From positions 1 to 17,882 of the forward strand of contig JBIKWF010000095.1 of NCBI GenBank assembly GCA_044356455.1: 17,882 nucleotides of DNA, in the 5' to 3' direction. This DNA is from Bdellovibrionota bacterium. GTDB lineage: Bacteria; Bdellovibrionota_C; UBA2361; JBGSMV01. The first letter of the stretch is position 1, and every line of letters begins with the position of its first letter. The notes beneath the pieces were generated by a model. It searched no databases. It was not told where the DNA came from and saw nothing but the letters and a program-made list of their open reading frames with translations. Of the stretch, positions 15,921 through 17,882 are shown in pieces. The position numbers and the translations under genes are program-made.

Positions 15921-17233
15921 AGTAGAGGCCCGCCCCCTCTCCGCTGCACCCGTTCCCAGTGATTAAGGTCGCGAAACTCCCTTCGGAATACGGAGACCAC
16001 CCCTTGTGGTGCGACCGGACCAAGAAGCGGATCATTCTGAAATCGCTTCTTAGCCGTCGCATCAAGTCTCGTTAAAAATTTCACTGCCAGCGAGCCCGAG
16101 GGATATTTGAACGCCATCACCTCATTAATAATCGTTGACTCTAGCTCCTGTAAGCGAGGACGAGTGCGCAGCGCACGCGATACAGATTTCTTCACAGACT
16201 CATACCGCGCATCAAATACGTCAAAGTTCGGATACTTTTTGAGAAACACCATGAGGCGCGCAGTGCGCAGGAGCTCTGATTTGCCTTGCGCCTTTGGGTA
16301 ACGCGCGGTGCTTTCATTTGTGAGATAATCGAGACGCTTCTTTGCTTCAGCAGGCGTTTCACCGCCGCGCATGGTTACAAGCAGCGCTGCGGAACGCACA
16401 ATAGAGGCAGTATCAGTATCCGAGCCAAAGGTTCGCAGACAACGAGTATAATTCCGCTCGTAGCACGTCTTAAACGCTTTCATGGTTTTAAAGTTGCCGC
16501 AGAAAACGAGTGTCGCCGCCGTTCTCGTAAGTGGTTCGAGGTTCGATTCATCTGCCGCAAGCGTTCGCGCCTGAAGCAGAAGTGCTCGGTAGCGGCGGCT
16601 CGCCGCTGAAAGAGAGGGGTATCGTCCCATCAGGACTTGGTTAACCGCTGTCTTTCTCACTCGCTCAAGCGAGGGACTTTTAAATACTTTTTTTGACCTT
16701 TGCATCAGGTCGTCAACAAAGTGCGCCGAGAACATGTGGCCTCTACGTCCCGCCATCGACTCAGGCATCCCGGCAAGCAGTAAAAGACGGTAATGCACCT
16801 CAAGCGCGTCTTTTATTGCTGCGGACAGGACCGGCAATTCCCGCAGGTCCTCCGCTCGGAGCGAGAGCTCATTATGGATTCGGCGTAAGGCTCGAGATGA
16901 AAATAGTTCGAAATCCTTCTTAGACAGGCCCTTTGGAATTCCGCCATGTTCGTCGCGGTAGGCAATAAAAGTCTCCTGAAAAAACCGCTCTGAAGTACGT
17001 GCCTGACCCGCTCGCAAATCAGTAGCGTTGCGGTCAAAAAAAGCTGCGCTAAATGAACGAGAGAAAGCGCGGTAGAGTGCGCTCCCAAGCAGCTGCGGCG
17101 TCGGCGCCGCAGGGATGAGGCCAGAGTCCTGGAAAGACACGGCGCTTGGTAAGGCGGAAGTCCTCGGAAGCTCGTGAGACGGAGTGCGAGTTGAAAGCTT
17201 TCTTGAGCGCGAATTTATCTGTGAACTAACCAT
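15890..17233 (-). CDS. Hypothetical basic protein with 5 to 6 tandem 43-aa repeats
   Basis: 447-aa ORF, rich in Arg and Lys, no signal peptide or TM seen. Exact 43-residue periodicity from aa 189 to ~430. Its last codons and stop lie inside element copy C. Confidence 0.8.
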   Translation of the reverse strand: MVSSQINSRSRKLSTRTPSHELPRTSALPSAVSFQDSGLIPAAPTPQLLGSALYRAFSRSFSAAFFDRNATDLRAGQARTSERFFQETFIAYRDEHGGIPKGLSKKDFELFSSRALRRIHNELSLRAEDLRELPVLSAAIKDALEVHYRLLLLAGMPESMAGRRGHMFSAHFVDDLMQRSKKVFKSPSLERVRKTAVNQVLMGRYPSLSAASRRYRALLLQARTLAADESNLEPLTRTAATLVFCGNFKTMKAFKTCYERNYTRCLRTFGSDTDTASIVRSAALLVTMRGGETPAEAKKRLDYLTNESTARYPKAQGKSELLRTARLMVFLKKYPNFDVFDARYESVKKSVSRALRTRPRLQELESTIINEVMAFKYPSGSLAVKFLTRLDATAKKRFQNDPLLGPVAPQGVVSVFRREFRDLNHWERVQRRGGGPLLRESLKKSTL

Positions 17234-17279
17234 ACTGCTTCACTTCGACCACCAGAGGAGAATCTGCGGGACAGACTCC

Positions 17280-17413
17280 TAGGGAACCTCTGGAAAACCT
17301 CGATATTTTATTTTTTTCTCTGTGATCTCTGTGTGCTCTGTGGTTTTTCAACAATTTAAATCAACCACAGAGGGCACAGAGATCACAGAGTGGACTTTTT
17401 CAAAGGTTCCCTA
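17280..17413. mobile_element. MITE/REP-like element, copy D (best-preserved ends)
   Basis: TAGGGAACCTCTGGAAAA ... TTTTTCAAAGGTTCCCTA, flanked by CTAG / CTAA, with a 28-bp inner hairpin of 9-bp-periodic CTCTGTG units. Confidence 0.85.
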
Positions 17414-17814
17414 ACGCGCCAAGACGCCTAATTCAACTCGGCTCAGGTGTTATGGAGAAATACTGCCGGAGATGCGGCAAGAAATCATGTGCGATGTTCT
17501 TCGGTGCCCAATGGAGAAGAATGCCTAAATACTAGATACTTACGCCATCGCCCATGAGATTTTATTTCAAAAATCGGCAAAGCCGCTTTCGCGCCTTAGT
17601 TCCAGCGGGACAAGAATGTCGGTGGCGCATGTCGCACATTCGCTTAAAAATTGAAGGCAATTTTAACGTGAAGGACACGATGGTCGCGAATGTAACCATC
17701 CAAATTCCGTCATGCCTCCGTCTTCGCCAAAGCCTTAGGGCGTGTAGATGGCTCCGCATTCTCTTCCTACTAAAATGTTCGAGGAAACTCTTTAGATGGG
17801 GCTAAGGAGGTATT

Positions 17815-17862
17815 AGCGCGGAGACACGGAGACCGCGGAGGGGAGATAGAATCGAGATTTTT
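17815..17862. repeat. Half-element related to the repeat family
   Basis: GCGCGGAGACACGGAGACCGCGGAGGGGAGATAGAATCGAGATTTTT parallels the right half of copy A (CACAGAG x3, purine run, ATCGA, T run). Confidence 0.45.
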
Positions 17863-17882
17863 GCTCAGCTTCGTGCCTTAGC

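Noticed and set aside
15890..17233. The 447-aa ORF as a transposase or TnpB
   Set aside because: I see no DDE, HUH, RuvC or zinc-finger motif, and the C-terminal half is explained by 43-aa repeats.
15787..17413. CRISPR array or integron attC cassette
   Set aside because: There is no repeat-spacer periodicity, no cas gene or integrase, and no clear RYYYAAC...GTTRRRY boundaries. TIR plus TA flanks fit a MITE-like element better.
17554..17805. 83-aa plus-strand ORF and overlapping 65-aa minus-strand ORF
   Set aside because: No RBS, no recognisable motif, and they overlap each other; neither can be supported.

Overview
Bacterial chromosomal window with mostly minus-strand housekeeping genes. 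In order: 3' end of an MDR-family oxidoreductase, vapBC toxin-antitoxin pair, glpD-like FAD dehydrogenase, small secreted hypothetical, purD, purH, a DUF4239-like membrane gene broken by one in-frame TAA, a long membrane-anchored PP2C phosphatase, a NUDIX hydrolase, a SPOR protein, an ArgRS-like protein, a class II tRNA nucleotidyltransferase, a TPR plus Amidase_3 amidase and a 447-aa orphan. Four things stand out. (1) The 447-aa basic orphan is built from 5 to 6 gap-free 43-aa repeats and sits between two direct copies of a ~134-bp element. (2) That element is a MITE/REP-like family with terminal inverted repeats and an inner 9-bp-periodic hairpin showing compensatory changes; two of its ends coincide with the purD and purH stop codons. 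(3) The gene in the usual argS position upstream of the SPOR gene looks like an arginyl-tRNA synthetase that kept its tRNA-binding domains but lost the HIGH motif. (4) A synonymously diverged second copy of the PP2C 3' end lies just downstream of that gene. All family assignments come from motif recognition by eye; no database search was run.
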